A stretch of 62,897 nucleotides of DNA, filler included, from Reclinomonas americana ATCC 50394 (lineage: Eukaryota), in the NCBI GenBank assembly GCA_048213135.1. It is 12 parts of 9 records of this genome, joined end to end, with 100 filler letters (N's around TTAATTAATTAA, not from the genome) between each part and the next. Parts side by side here need not be neighbours in the genome. Positions count along the whole stretch, not along the records: positions 16,024 to 27,487 come from PS016110.1; positions 27,588 to 28,735 come from PS016111.1; positions 28,836 to 33,066 come from PS016111.1; positions 33,167 to 35,774 come from AFZH01016761.1; positions 35,875 to 42,584 come from PS016112.1; 7 more parts are not named here. One strand, written 5' to 3'. Below are positions 24,527-40,200 of this stretch, piece after piece. Position 1 is the first letter of the stretch; every line of letters begins with the position of its first letter. The translations under genes were made by a program, and so were the position numbers. The notes beneath the pieces are model-generated. The model was not told the origin of the DNA and ran no database searches. It saw nothing but the letters and a program-made list of their open reading frames with translations.

Positions 24527-26794
24527 TCACTCGGGTTGATGGACGGCGTCGTGTGAGGCCCAATCGAAGGAACGGACGACGGCTTTCTTCCACAAGGCGA
24601 AGCGGTGCTCGCGGGCTTCGGCGTCCAGGTGCGGTTCGTACACGGAGGCTGGGCGGCGACCGAGTTTCTGATCGTTTTTCGTGAGACTCCTCCCGCCAAG
24701 ATTGACAGTTCTGAGAAGGCAAACTCACCGAGGTCAAGTCGTCCAGGTCGGAGAAGAGACCGCTGCCGATGGCGGCGCAAAAGGCGGCGCCTGCGGGGAA
24801 GGGTGAGATAACGTGTGCAAATAATGGCAGCAGGAGAAAAAGCACAAACCGAGTGCAGTGGTTTCCGCATCCGCTGGTTTCACTGCAACGCACGCATGTC
24901 AGTGTCGGTGGCAACAACACCGCAATCGCACAGACACGTAACCTACAGGAATGCCGAGCAGATCCGCTGCGCGCACAAGGACGGCAAAATGAGCAGCGCA
25001 AGGACACGCTGCATCATCAACGAGCATCACCAACCTTGCAGCTGCACAAACGCCGTGTTGATGGTCATTCCGCCGTCGACGCTGACCTGCAGCACTGGAA
25101 TGCCCGAGTCAAGCGACATGGCCTCCAGCACCTCACGCGTCTGGTAGCACACGGCCTCGTACATGGCGCGCACAATGTGACGCCGTTCCGAGTACGCCGT
25201 CAGGCCCACGATGATGCTGCACGGGGAAGAAGAAGAAGTGAGGGGCACAACACTCTTTCCGTCATGAGGCCTGCTCAAACCGCACCCGCGAGCATCCTCC
25301 CGCCAGTGGGGCGCAAACAGACCGCCGAAAGCGGGCACAAAGTACACGCCGCCCGTGTCCTGCACCTCCTTCAGAATCGACTCGCCTTCCGAGTAGTTGC
25401 GCAGTGCGCCCATGTTGTCGCGCAGCCAGCGCAATCCCGATCCGGCCACTGCAATGGCACCCTCCAGCGCGTACACCACATGCGAGGAGGCGCCCATTTG
25501 GTAGCCAATCGTGGAGAGCAGGCCGTGGCGCGAGAACGGGCACGTGGTGCCGGTGTTGGCGAGCAGGAACGCACCCGTTCCGTAGCTGCGCGGAAACGGA
25601 CAAGGCGTTGGAAGAGAACGAGAGTCGACGACGGCAACAACATCGAGTGCGCGCAACGTATTCTTCGCCTCGCCCGGTCGGTGGCAGCACTGACCGACGA
25701 GCGCCGACTGCTGATCGCCGATGCAACCGGTAATAGCGATTCCGTCAATCTGCGCGTCTCCCACTGCCACCACGCCAAACGGCTCGGCATTCGAGTGCAC
25801 AGTCGGCAGCGCCTTGGCGGGATCAACGCCAAAGAATTCACACGCCTGTGGGTCCCACTGGTGCTGTTTGATGTCGAAGAGCAGCGTGCGGCTGGCATTT
25901 GTCACGTCGGTGCGATGCACGCCTCCTCCCGTGGCACCGCCAGTCAGGTTCTGCGAGTGGATGAGTGCACGGCACGGCACCCAGAGAGATTCAGAAGGCG
26001 CACCCAAATCAGCCAGCTGTCGACTGTGCCAAAGAGGCAGCGACCAGCGTCGTAGGCTTCACGGATTTCGGGGATCTTTCACCGAAGAAGAGTGTGAGCG
26101 AGCTTCGAGAAAAGCAAGGAGGAGGCCACGGTCAGCGCAACATTTCGCAGCATCCACGCAATCTTCACACCACTAAAGTACGTGGAAATGGGCAGTCCAC
26201 AGCGCTCGGCAAACACATATCGCGCATCCATTCCCTCCGGCAACGGCAAATCCGCCCTCCCGCTCACCGACTGCGTCAACTCCTGACACAACGCCGAAGT
26301 TCGCGCATCGTTCCACACTGTCGCGACGAATGAGTGACAAGTGAAGGGGAGAGAGAGAGAGAGAGAGAGAGAGAGGCTGCGCGTGTCGACGCAACAAATG
26401 GCATTATGCAGCGGTTGACCCGTGGTCTTGTCCCAGGCAACCGTCGACTCTCGCTGATTCGTGATGCCAAACTACCGGTCGCCTCACTGGTCAGAGCAAG
26501 CGAGCGCGACGTACAATCACAGAGATAAACATACACACCGCGACAACTCGACTCTTGTCCACTCCGGCCTTGCTAATCGCCTGTCGCATGCACTCGAGCG
26601 ACGACGACAAAATCGACATGGGATCGAGCTCGGACCATCTAATGATACGGTGAGCATCAAAGAAGAACGCTGACTTGAGCAGGAGGTTGACGCAACGCTG
26701 GCTGTGGGTGCACGGGTGTGAGCTCGATTTGATGCGACGCGACCACCTCGAAGGTGTCGGCGCGGTATAACAGGAAGCGCGTGGAGGAGGTGCC
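24527..26794 (-). CDS. GK: glycerol kinase (FGGY family); first exon lost in the gap
   Basis: Spliced motifs GTSSTRF, GITNQRESTVAWDK, GTVDSWLIWNLTGG, TDVTNASRT, GDQQSALVGQ, AKNTYGTG, YALEGAIAVAG, GVYFVPAFGGLFAPHW, VDGGMT, ETTALGAA, WKKAV. Confidence 0.96.
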
Positions 26795-26885
26795 TGCGCA
26801 AGGAGAAGAGATATTAAGAAAGGGAGACTAAGAAGCCAAGGAGAAGAAATAGGAGAAGAGAGCGGAAAAACACAAGAGAGGAAGC

Positions 26886-27390
26886 CCACTTGAAGTGAGA
26901 AGGCGAGACAGGAGAGGGAACGGAGAATGCGAGTGCAAACCCACTTGAAGTGAGCATGCATTCTGATGGATCGAGATAAGAGAGGAAACGGAGAAATGCG
27001 AGCGCAAGCCCACTTGAAGCAAGAACGCATTCTGATGAACCAAGCGGAGAAACAAGTGCATCCCCGCGCCAGATGCTCACTTGAAGCAAGCACGTATTCT
27101 GATGAACCGAGACAAGAGGGGAAACGGAGAAATGCGAGTGCAAGCCCAGTTGAAGGGGGGAGACATTCTGATGGATCGGTGAGGAGAGGGTGCGGAGAAA
27201 CGCATCCATGCAAGCCCAGTTGAAGCAAGAACGCATTCTGATGAGTCGAGAGAGGAGAGGAGCCAAGAAACGCATCAACGCAAGCCCAGTTGAAGCAAGA
27301 ACGCATTCTGATGAACCGAGCGGAGAAACACGAGTGCATGTGCGCGCCAGATGCTCACTTGAAGCAAGCACGCATTCTGATAAACCAAGC
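26886..27390. repeat. intronic minisatellite, ~69-bp unit, ~8 copies
   Basis: CCCA(C/G)TTGAAGCAAGAACGCATTCTGATG recurs every ~69 bp and the intervening sequences are related to each other. Confidence 0.9.
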
Positions 27391-27451
27391 GAGGAAGCGC
27401 AACGCCCAACGCAGAGAAACACATACACACACACTCACTCTCTCTCTCTCA

Positions 27452-27487
<36 letters not shown>

Positions 27488-27849
27488 NNNNNNNNNNNNN
27501 NNNNNNNNNNNNNNNNNNNNNNNNNNNNNNNTTAATTAATTAANNNNNNNNNNNNNNNNNNNNNNNNNNNNNNNNNNNNNNNNNNNNAGAGAGAGAGAGA
27601 GAGAGAGTGAGTGAGGAACAGCACGAGTGAAGGGAACAAACACGCTATAGAGACGGGAAGAGCGTAAAGATGGAAGACAGAAAAGTGATAGAGAGACACG
27701 AGAATGATTCAGAGACACAGAGACAAGATGCGAGAGACAGAAAGTAGAGACGCACAGAGCAAAAGAAAGCCACCTTTCGCGTCGCTTTCTCATTTTTTCA
27801 TGTCGATTGTTCTCCTGCTCACTTTTCCCCCATCCCTCCCGTCACACAG

Positions 27850-31387
<3,538 letters not shown>

Positions 31388-31856
31388 TTGAAGGGTCGTG
31401 TTGGGAGAAGGGTGCGCGAGGGGAAAGGAGGACAAGCCAGTCAGGCAAGTTTATGTCGACGGAGAGATTGCACGTATCAGGAGGAGGGTGCGTGAGGGGG
31501 AAGGACGAGAGCACAGCTGCGTTGCCAGCAGTCTTTCATGGTAAGTTCATGTCGATGGAGAGATTGCATATCTTGAGTTGTTGGAGATGGAGTAGGGCGC
31601 GATAGCCGAGTCGGTGGAATTCAGATGACGAAGGGACGGCTTCACGAATCCACTTTCGTCTCTCGCAAGAGTTTGCAACTCCGGGGGAACCTGATCTGGT
31701 GACGGCAGAATGCAGCACAGCCTCGCACCGGTGCCTATCGCAGACCGTTCTCTGCCTTGCCTCGATCGCTTCGTTCCTCATAGGCTGCAAGCGGCTGAAG
31801 CAGCGCTTGCTACAGAGCAGCGGCAGTCTTGCGCAGGTGCCTCAAACGGAGATAAT

Positions 31857-32080
31857 CGACCTCTCCGACTCGTGCAAATCGCTTTCGTCTCTTGCAAAGT
31901 GGCTACAAGTTGAGACACCCCACGTACTACACAACAGCACCTGCAGTCACCTCGAACGACTGCACAAACTCGGAGATACTCCCGAACGTCGACCTCTCCG
32001 ACTCGTGCAAATCGCTTTCGTCTTTTGCAAAGTGGCTACAAGTTGAGACACCCCACGTACTACACAACAGCACCTGCAGT
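31857..32080. repeat. direct duplication of ~92 bp, 132-bp period
   Basis: TCGACCTCTCCGACTCGTGCAAATCG...CAGCACCTGCAGT at 31857 and 31989. Confidence 0.9.
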
Positions 32081-32146
32081 CTCACACGACTCACGCCCTC
32101 CGTCGTTCAAACAACTTCACGGGACACGCCTATCAATCAATCCGTC

Positions 32147-32700
32147 ATGTGGTGGCGCGTGGGCGCTCGTCTATTCACTCCCACACCACTCGCCACCTCT
32201 CGCTGGAATGCTATTCTCCGCACACCCATTGCCCTCTTCTCCTCGCGTCAATCCGATGTTGCGCACACACACACAAGAAGAAGAAGTGTCAGTTTGTGTC
32301 TGTGTTCAACTCACTCTATCACACACAAACAGCGTGCGGTCATTGAGCAACCTCTGGCGCACATGATTAGGCGCCAGTGGGAGCGAGAAGGCGGAGTGGT
32401 GGAAGGTGAAAGAGCAACTCACAATCAATGAGTCACACTGTGTGTCTCACTCATTGTGCGCACAGAGGACGAGCATGTGTTGCAAGAGACCTTCCAGTCA
32501 GAGGTGCCTCTCTCTCACTCACTTTCTCGTAACACATTGAGTGTCAGTTTGCTCAACTCCGCCTTTATTTTTTTGTTGTGATAGAGTGATTTGCAGGGCA
32601 AGAAGGATGCATTTGAGGCGCAGATCATTGTGGGTGATCCGACGGCGCAGGCCTCGGCGAGTTCCATGTTGAGTGGGCCACTGTGGCGCGGAAACGGGGG
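32147..32700 (+). CDS. 5' exons of a hypothetical, possibly mitochondrion-targeted protein
   Basis: MWWRVGARLFTPTPLATSRWNAILRTPIALFSSRQSD is Arg-rich and acid-poor like a presequence; followed by three in-phase GT..AG introns. 3' end unclear. Confidence 0.55.
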
Positions 32701-32966
32701 GAAAGGGGGAAAAGGGGAGGGATGTAAGAAGGAAAAACTGCACAAGATAGAGAGAGAGAGAGAGAGAGAGAGCCCTGCAACCGAGAGAGACTCATTGAGA
32801 GCAGCAACAGGGTGTGTGACAGGCAGCGGCTGAGACATGGTGATGCACTGGGAACAGCAATCGTGAGAGTAAGGGAGATAAACGGATGTGAACCGCAGGA
32901 CAAGCAGCAACTGAGGATTTCAGAAAGAGAGTAAGAGCAAGAAGGGTTCGGGACGGAAGATTTGCG

Positions 32967-33066
<100 letters not shown>

Positions 33067-33327
33067 NNNNNNNNNNNNNNNNNNNNNNNNNNNNNNNNNN
33101 NNNNNNNNNNTTAATTAATTAANNNNNNNNNNNNNNNNNNNNNNNNNNNNNNNNNNNNNNNNNNNNTCTCTCCCTCCCTCCCCCCCTTCTCTCTCTGCAT
33201 CGATGACGCGAGGGATGCCAGCTGCCTCCTGATCTCCACCACGCCAATAACGATCTGTGACGATGATTCATGTAGAGACTCTCCACCAGTGTCACACAAT
33301 CTCCCCCTTCCCGTCTCCACGTGCACT

Positions 33328-33480
33328 TCAGTAGCTTCCGGCCGACGTGGTCGTCGAGTCAGGCGCAGTGGTGGTGGTGGTGACACCATTGGCGGTCGTG
33401 TACGTGCCGCCCGTGCTCGCAGCGGCGCCTGCGTCAGAGACGGCGGCGCTGATTCCGAAAAGGGCGTCGAGGGCTTCCAT
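33328..33480 (-). CDS. microprotein P1 (50 aa) MEALDALFGISAAVSDAGAAASTGGTYTTANGVTTTTTAPDSTTTSAGSY
   Basis: Close paralog of P2; family motif present; AG acceptor 5 nt before the ATG. Confidence 0.75.
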   Translation of the reverse strand: MEALDALFGISAAVSDAGAAASTGGTYTTANGVTTTTTAPDSTTTSAGSY

Positions 33481-34639
33481 AATGTCTATAGAGAGGGAGG
33501 GAGGGTGAGGGAGATGAAACAACAAGAGAATGAATGAAAGGAGAAGGGAGGGGGAAGAGAGAGGAAGGAGGTAGGGGGAGAGAGAGAAGAAAGAGAGAGA
33601 GAGGGAGAGAACGGGGATGATAAAGAGAATGAAGGTGTACATATGGGAGAGACAGAGAAGGAGGCAGGGGGAGAGAGAGAAGGAGAGAGTGTGTGAGAGA
33701 GAGAATGGCATATGAAAGGAGACGGGAGGGGGAAGAGAGAGGAAGGAGGCAGGGGGAGAGAGTGAAGAGAGAGAGAGAGCGTAAAGTATGGCAAAAGATG
33801 CGCATACGCACACACGCAAAGTGGCATACGAAGCGCGTGTGTGAATGCGAGAGAATGTGTATGTGTGTGCGAGAGAGAGAGAGAGAGCAAGAAGAGGGGG
33901 AGTGTGAGAGTGCGAATGAGTGTGAGAAGTATTTATCATAAAAAGCATGCAGAGCGTGCGTGTGTTGAGGGAGAGAAAGAATGCATCTGTGCGTGTGCGG
34001 GAGAGGGAGAGGGAGAGAGTGAGACACACCTTGCGTGCAATGAACACAAAAAAGTGAGTGATCGTCGGACGGGACCGATACAGCGTGCGAAGGCGGGAGT
34101 GCTGAGGGAGGACTGCAAAGCCCTGAGTCATGTGAGTCTTGGTGTTGTACCACGTTGGTCTCCTGCTCCTGAATTGCAAAGCTTGGCTCGTGGCCACTGC
34201 AGCTGCTTCGCGATATCGGATCCGGTCGGATCTAAGTCCTTTGCTTGCCCCGGCTTTGCCACTGCTTCGTTGCTTGCCTCACAGGTCCAATGCCCGCTTT
34301 GGCCGTTTACCGACCATAATATGTCCTTTGCTGAGCGCATCCACAGCTGCAAGTGCAACTGCAAGACGGCGCTGGGTCACACTTTTATGGCACTCCTGAC
34401 AGTCGGCTTATTGTAAGTGATTGCAGGGCGACAGGCCGCAGCGAGGGCGCTGTCATGCGATGCAGGTCAATCATGGTTGGCCGACACCTGCGCAATATCA
34501 AAGGCCAGCTTGTGCTCCACCGGCCCATGCCTGGGGGCGACAGTAAGAGAAGAAAGACGAGAGAAAAGATGAAGCGAAGAGGAGAAAAAGGAGAGAAGAG
34601 AAGAAGAGGTCATCAATGAATGAATTGTTGTTGTGGAGG

Positions 34640-35355
34640 AAAATAAATGACAAAGAAGAAAGAGGCGAGAGAGACGAGAAGAGAAGAGAGAATGGAACAG
34701 AAGGTAGAGCCAACACAGCGCATTTCAACATGCAGTTGCCTTGCGAATCTAAATAAACGAGAGAAAGACAGGCCTTGGAGAGGAGGAAACGAGATGACAA
34801 ATGAAGAAAAGAGGCGAGAAGAGAAGAGAGGAAACAGAGGGACGAGCCACCAAAGCGCAGATTAACACACAAGTTGCCTTGCGAATTCAAATAGTAGGAG
34901 GAGGGAAGAGAGAAAGACAGGAGAGGAGGAAACGAGATGACAAACGAGACGAGAAGAGATGAGAGAGACGGAACAGCCACCAGCGCAGATCAACGCACGG
35001 TTGCCTTGCTAATTCAAAAGAAGACAGGAGAGGAGGAAACGAGATGACAAAAGAGGCGAGAAGAGATGACGAGAGAAGAGAGGATGGAACAGAACACCAA
35101 AGCGCAGATCAACACACAAGTTGCAAAGAGTAGGAGGAGAGAAGAGAGAAAGACAGGAGAGGAGGAAACGATGACGAATGAAGAAAAGAGGCGAGAAGAG
35201 AAGAGAGGATGGAACAGAAAAACATCGAAGATCAACACACAAGTTGCCTTGCTCATTCAAAAGAAGACAGGAGAGGCGAGAAGAGGCGAAGAGAAGAGAG
35301 AATGGAACAGAACGCCACAGCGCATATCAACACACAAGTTGCCTTGCGAATTCAT
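34640..35355. repeat. degenerate tandem repeat, ~120-bp period, ~6 copies
   Basis: GCGCAGATCAACACACAAGTTGCCTTGC variants recur. Confidence 0.8.
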
Positions 35356-35415
35356 ATTGTTGACGTGCCACGAAACACTCTCTCTCTTCTCTCTCTCTCT
35401 CTCACATCTTCCCTC

Positions 35416-35571
35416 TCAGTAGCTTCCCGCAGCAGGCACATCCGGCACAGTGGTGACCGTGGTAACGCCACTGGCGGTGGTGTAGGTGCCGCCCGTGCTC
35501 GCGGCGGCGTTGGCGTCAGAGACAGCGGCGCAGTCGGCGCCTCCGCTGAAAAAGTTGACGAGGAATTCCAT
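35416..35571 (-). CDS. microprotein P2 (51 aa) MEFLVNFFSGGADCAAVSDANAAASTGGTYTTASGVTTVTTVPDVPAAGSY
   Basis: Shares AAVSDA..AASTGGTYTTA.GVTT and terminal AGSY with P1. Confidence 0.75.
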   Translation of the reverse strand: MEFLVNFFSGGADCAAVSDANAAASTGGTYTTASGVTTVTTVPDVPAAGSY

Positions 35572-36565
35572 AGTGTCTGTGTAGGGGAGAGAGAGAGAGA
35601 GAGTGAGAGAAGAGGCGGGGGAAGAGTGGGAGAGAGAGAGAGAGAGTGAGAGGAGAGTGTGAGTGAGAGAATGAAGAGAGAGAGGGAAGAGAGGGGGAAG
35701 AGAGAGTGAGAGTGAGCAACTGAGAGTGTGTGAATGAGAGAGGGGAATTTCATAGTGCCTGTGGAGGAGAGAGANNNNNNNNNNNNNNNNNNNNNNNNNN
35801 NNNNNNNNNNNNNNNNNNTTAATTAATTAANNNNNNNNNNNNNNNNNNNNNNNNNNNNNNNNNNNNNNNNNNNNGAGAGAGAGAGAGAGAGAGAGAGAGT
35901 GAGAGAGAGAGAGAGTGACTGAGTGAGAGAGTGAGTGAGTGAGTGAGAGAGTGTGAGTGAGAGTGAGTGAGAGAGAGTGAGTGAGAGTGCGTGTGAGAGA
36001 GAGAGAGAGAGTGAGTGAGTGTGAGAAGGAGTGAGTGAGTGAGTGAGTGTGAGTGTGAGAAGAAGGAACTGGACAGACTATATTGATGAGCGCCAACATG
36101 CGCGCGCGTGACACACACGCACACACAGGTGGAAACACACATACACGTGCAGCATTAACCACAACACGCACCTTGTGTTTGCGTGCGAGTGAGCGTGTAT
36201 GTGCGTGAGATTCAAAGATGCGTGTCCCTTGACGTCGACGGCCTCTCCTCGTCTATTCTCGCTTGCCCTTTGTGCAAGGTTGTGAGTTTGCTTTGTTTGT
36301 TTGCCGCATCACCAACAAGCACAAAAGCAAGAGTGGGAGCGCGAAGTTGTTTCGCCGCAAAGAAAAGTCGTCGACAGTCGCTGTTTGTTCGAGAATCACT
36401 GCAGTGGCAAGAGACGCCACCACTGCCTATCATGATCCACGCAGCGTGGCAAATCGCAAAAGACACTCAAGAGACGCGCGCGCATTTCACACACACACGC
36501 AATCACAAAATGCCTCTTTTCCCGTTTCTCCACTCCTCCTCACTGCGAGCTCCTCATGCCTGTGA

Positions 36566-36739
36566 TCAGAAGCGGAGAGCATCCTCGAAGCTGTCGACGA
36601 GGTTGCCGAAGCCGGTAACGATGCTGCCGCTCACCTGAGCGGCAGTGGGGAACGTCAGCAGCGGTGTCGAGCCGGTGCCCTGTGCGGGCGCTGCGTCGGA
36701 AACAACTGCGGACATGGCAGGGGCGTTGTAGTTGTCCAT
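36566..36739 (-). CDS. microprotein P3 (57 aa) MDNYNAPAMSAVVSDAAPAQGTGSTPLLTFPTAAQVSGSIVTGFGNLVDSFEDALRF
   Basis: Motif AMSAVVSD; acceptor upstream of the ATG. A possible internal donor CAG|GTGAGC makes the C-terminus uncertain. Confidence 0.6.
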   Translation of the reverse strand: MDNYNAPAMSAVVSDAAPAQGTGSTPLLTFPTAAQVSGSIVTGFGNLVDSFEDALRF

Positions 36740-37269
36740 TGTTGTAAGTTGGTGGCTGTGTGCGAGGGCGTGAGGGGAAAGGGCGTGAGGGAAAGCGAGA
36801 GGGAGATATTGGGGTGTCAAAAAGAGTGGCGCTGCTGAGCATGTGGCGGTGTGAGTTCGTGTGTGTAGGTTAGAGGAGGAGAAGGAGGGCGAGTGATTGA
36901 GAGAGGGTGGAGAGGAGAGCGAGTGAGAGTGAGAGAGGAAATGGACAAAACTCTGCTGCTGGTACACACACCGGCGCGCACGAACACGCTCAGCACTCGC
37001 TCATCACACACACAAACATGCACTCATATCACGCACGCCAAGCACACACCTTTGCTTTTCGTGCGAGAAGAATTGAAGGGCTGCTTGTTCGCTCTTCACC
37101 ACCCGTCCGGCCAACAAACGTGGCGAAGCATGCCATGCCATTACGACCTGCAAGACATCATGACTGTGCTGCTGGTTTGTCGACACCATGCCGGCATCGA
37201 TATTGGGAACTGCAGAAAGCTGCATTGCATTCACTACTCTCGCTGAGAGACCCCAAGCGCCCTTGCTGC

Positions 37270-40200
37270 TTACGTGCCCGCGTTGTTGGCCTCCTGCAGG
37301 TTCTTGCACCTGCGATGCTGCTGTCAGCATAGAACAAACCCTCTGCATTGCGAAGTGCACTCTCACCCGTGATCGTTGACGCGCACGCGACCTGCGACGA
37401 CGACCGGTGAGCGCAACAGGGAAGAGCACTCGTCTCCGTTAACGCATGACAAACCTTGCACCAAGTTGCTCGTGAAAATGGCACGCTGCACTCCGCTGAA
37501 CACCTCCAACTGCGGTGCGTTCCACTGGAAATCGCACCTGTGCGAGCAGCGACTCAGTGCACGACAACAACCCCAGCACGCGCACGCACCACAGTGCATG
37601 CCCAACGCACCCAATGACGGAAACGGAGCCACCAGTGACCTGGATCGCCGCACGCCCGTTCCCCACCTTGTCCCACTGCGAAAACGTGCAGTCGGCAAAG
37701 CTCACAGTTCCTGCGATCGCTGGAAGTGAGTCGCATGCACTCGCGAGACGAAATCACCAATCGCAAAGAACACACCACTGCCGGCCACCTTGGCAATCTG
37801 ATTGGCCGGGCCCCAGAAGGCAGAGTTCACGAAGGACACCTGGTGGAGGAGGTGATTAGCAACGAATAGCATGCTCTGCCACTTCTCCCTCCCGCAGCAC
37901 TCACCCTTCCCGTGTTGGTGGACGAGACAACCACCTGAACATAAACTTCGTGAGCAAGTTGTAAAGACAAGCGGCAGGGAGACAAGACACGTATGTACCT
38001 CTGACGAATCGGAACCTGATCGAATGTGGCTGTCAGTGGAATGGAAGGGTTCATGGATAGAGAACACAAGGGAAAGCACGACAGACCCTCAAAGCACGTG
38101 AATTCTCCGTTGGTGATCAGGATGCCGTACACGTCCGAGTCGTCCACCTGCACACTGGCTGCGCGCGACACCAACTCAATTAAGTGCAAGTGTGTGTGAA
38201 AGCACTGNNNNNNNNNNNNNNNNNNNNNNNNNNNNNNNNNNNNNNNNNNNNNNNNNNNNNNNNNNNNNNNNNNNNNNNNNNNNNNNNNNNNNNNNNNNNN
38301 NNNNNNNNNNNNNNNNNNNNNNNNNNNNNNNNNNNNNNNNNNNNNNNNNNNNNNNNNNNNNNNNNNNNNNNNNNNNNNNNNNNNNNNNNNNNNNNNNNNN
38401 NNNNNNNNNNNNNNNNNNNNNNNNNNNNNNNNNNNNNNNNNNNNNNNNNNNNNNNNNNNNNNNNNNNNNNNNNNNNNNNNNNNNNNNNNNNNNNNNNNNN
38501 NNNNNNNNNNNNNNNNNNNNNNNNNNNNNNNNNNNNNNNNNNNNNNNNNNNNNNNNNNNNNNNNNNNNNNNNNNNNNNNNNNNNNNNNNNNNNNNNNNNN
38601 NNNNNNNNNNNNNNNNNNNNNNNNNNNNNNNNNNNNNNNNNNNNNNNNNNNNNNNNNNNNNNNNNNNNNNNNNNNNNNNNNNNNNNNNNNNNNNNNNNNN
38701 NNNNNNNNNNNNNNNNNNNNNNNNNNNNNNNNNNNNNNNNNNNNNNNNNNNNNNNNNNNNNNNNNNNNNNNNNNNNNNNNNNNNNNNNNNNNNNNNNNNN
38801 NNNNNNNNNNNNNNNNNNNNNNNNNNNNNNNNNNNNNNNNNNNNNNNNNNNNNNNNNNNNNNNNNNNNNNNNNNNNNNNNNNNNNNNNNNNNNNNNNNNN
38901 NNNNNNNNNNNNNNNNNNNNNNNNNNNNNNNNNNNNNNNNNNNNNNNNNNNNNNNNNNNNNNNNNNNNNNNNNNNNNNNNNNNNNNNNNNNNNNNNNNNN
39001 NNNNNNNNNNNNNNNNNNNNNNNNNNNNNNNNNNNNNNNNNNNNNNNNNNNNNNNNNNNNNNNNNNNNNNNNNNNNNNNNNNNNNNNNNNNNNNNNNNNN
39101 NNNNNNNNNNNNNNNNNNNNNNNNNNNNNNNNNNNNNNNNNNNNNNNNNNNNNNNNNNNNNNNNNNNNNNNNNNNNNNNNNNNNNNNNNNNNNNGGAAGG
39201 CGGAAGATGGAAGGGGGGAAGAGGGAAAGAGGGAAGAGGGAAAGAGGGAAGAGGGAAAGGGGGAAGACGGAAAGGGAGAAGGTGGAAGGGGGGAAGGCCA
39301 AAGGGGGAAGACGGAAGGGGAAGAGGTAAGGGGAAGAGGGAAAGGAGTGAAGGCCTCACTGCCAGTTCGGATCAACGTGCAGCGTCGCGACAGGTGAGGG
39401 CAACGACGACCAGTCTCCTCTTCTCCTTCTTCATCACACCGCGATGGCGTCTGTGCTCTACGACAGGGCATTCCAAATCACTCACCAGTTGAAGACGTAT
39501 TCCCAGTCTGTGCACAACGCGCACACATGAGCAAGACTGGCTCCAGCACACTCGTTGCAGGCTCTCACACACACTTACCGCTGCGAGCAATCTTGAATCC
39601 GATGCCATTTGCACGCTGCCAGGCAAACAGCGTCGGCTCCATGGAGAACCAGGGGTTCTGCACGAGGGGGAGTCAGCAGTCAACGCAATCAGCACACAAT
39701 GTCCTTCCTGCACGACGAACCCAGTGCACATTGCTGATGCGACCAATCTGGCGAAGGATAGTGAGACGAGAATGAGACCAAACGAGCGACAGCGGGTCAC
39801 CAACGCACATCGTAGGTCTGCAACAACGAACATGAGTTCACGGCAGTCACGAAATGAAGGAGGAGAGAGACGAACCTGGTCGACAAAGATGCCGATACTC
39901 AGCGGCTGGCCTGTGTGTGCCAGAACAGTGAGCGCTGGCACTCTCTGTTCCTCTTGACCATTCAGTCACGTACCTTGCACGCGATCGATGTAGTGGCGGG
40001 CGGCATTGACGGCCTGCGGTGGCACAATGAGCTGCGTGGGGGAGAGGGGCAGTTTGGGATAAGGGACGAACCTGAATGCCGTTAAAGGGGTTCAGCAGCT
40101 CGACATCTGCACATCGGATATTAGAGAAGATGCACAGGGAAGCCAAGGGAGAGACACAACGCACCAATAACAGCCGGATTGTTGCCGACCATGGAGATGG

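Noticed and set aside
23035..26055. Long + strand ORFs 23035-24087 and 24769-26055
   Set aside because: Antisense shadows of XPC and glycerol kinase exons.
25657..26696. Idea that introns are cut one base upstream of GT and AG (would give the more typical PQPGW and NAIVW in glycerol kinase)
   Set aside because: Other junctions (LRN|IPE, AKNT|YGTG) keep conserved residues only with canonical GT-AG cleavage.
26886..27390. CRISPR-like periodic repeat (~30-nt core every ~69 bp)
   Set aside because: The spacers are homologous to each other, the cores are degenerate, there are no cas genes, and it lies in a eukaryotic intron. It is a minisatellite.
32515..32840. Minus-strand short ORF MELAEACAVGS... 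as another microprotein
   Set aside because: Lacks the family motif and overlaps better-supported + strand exons starting at 32147.
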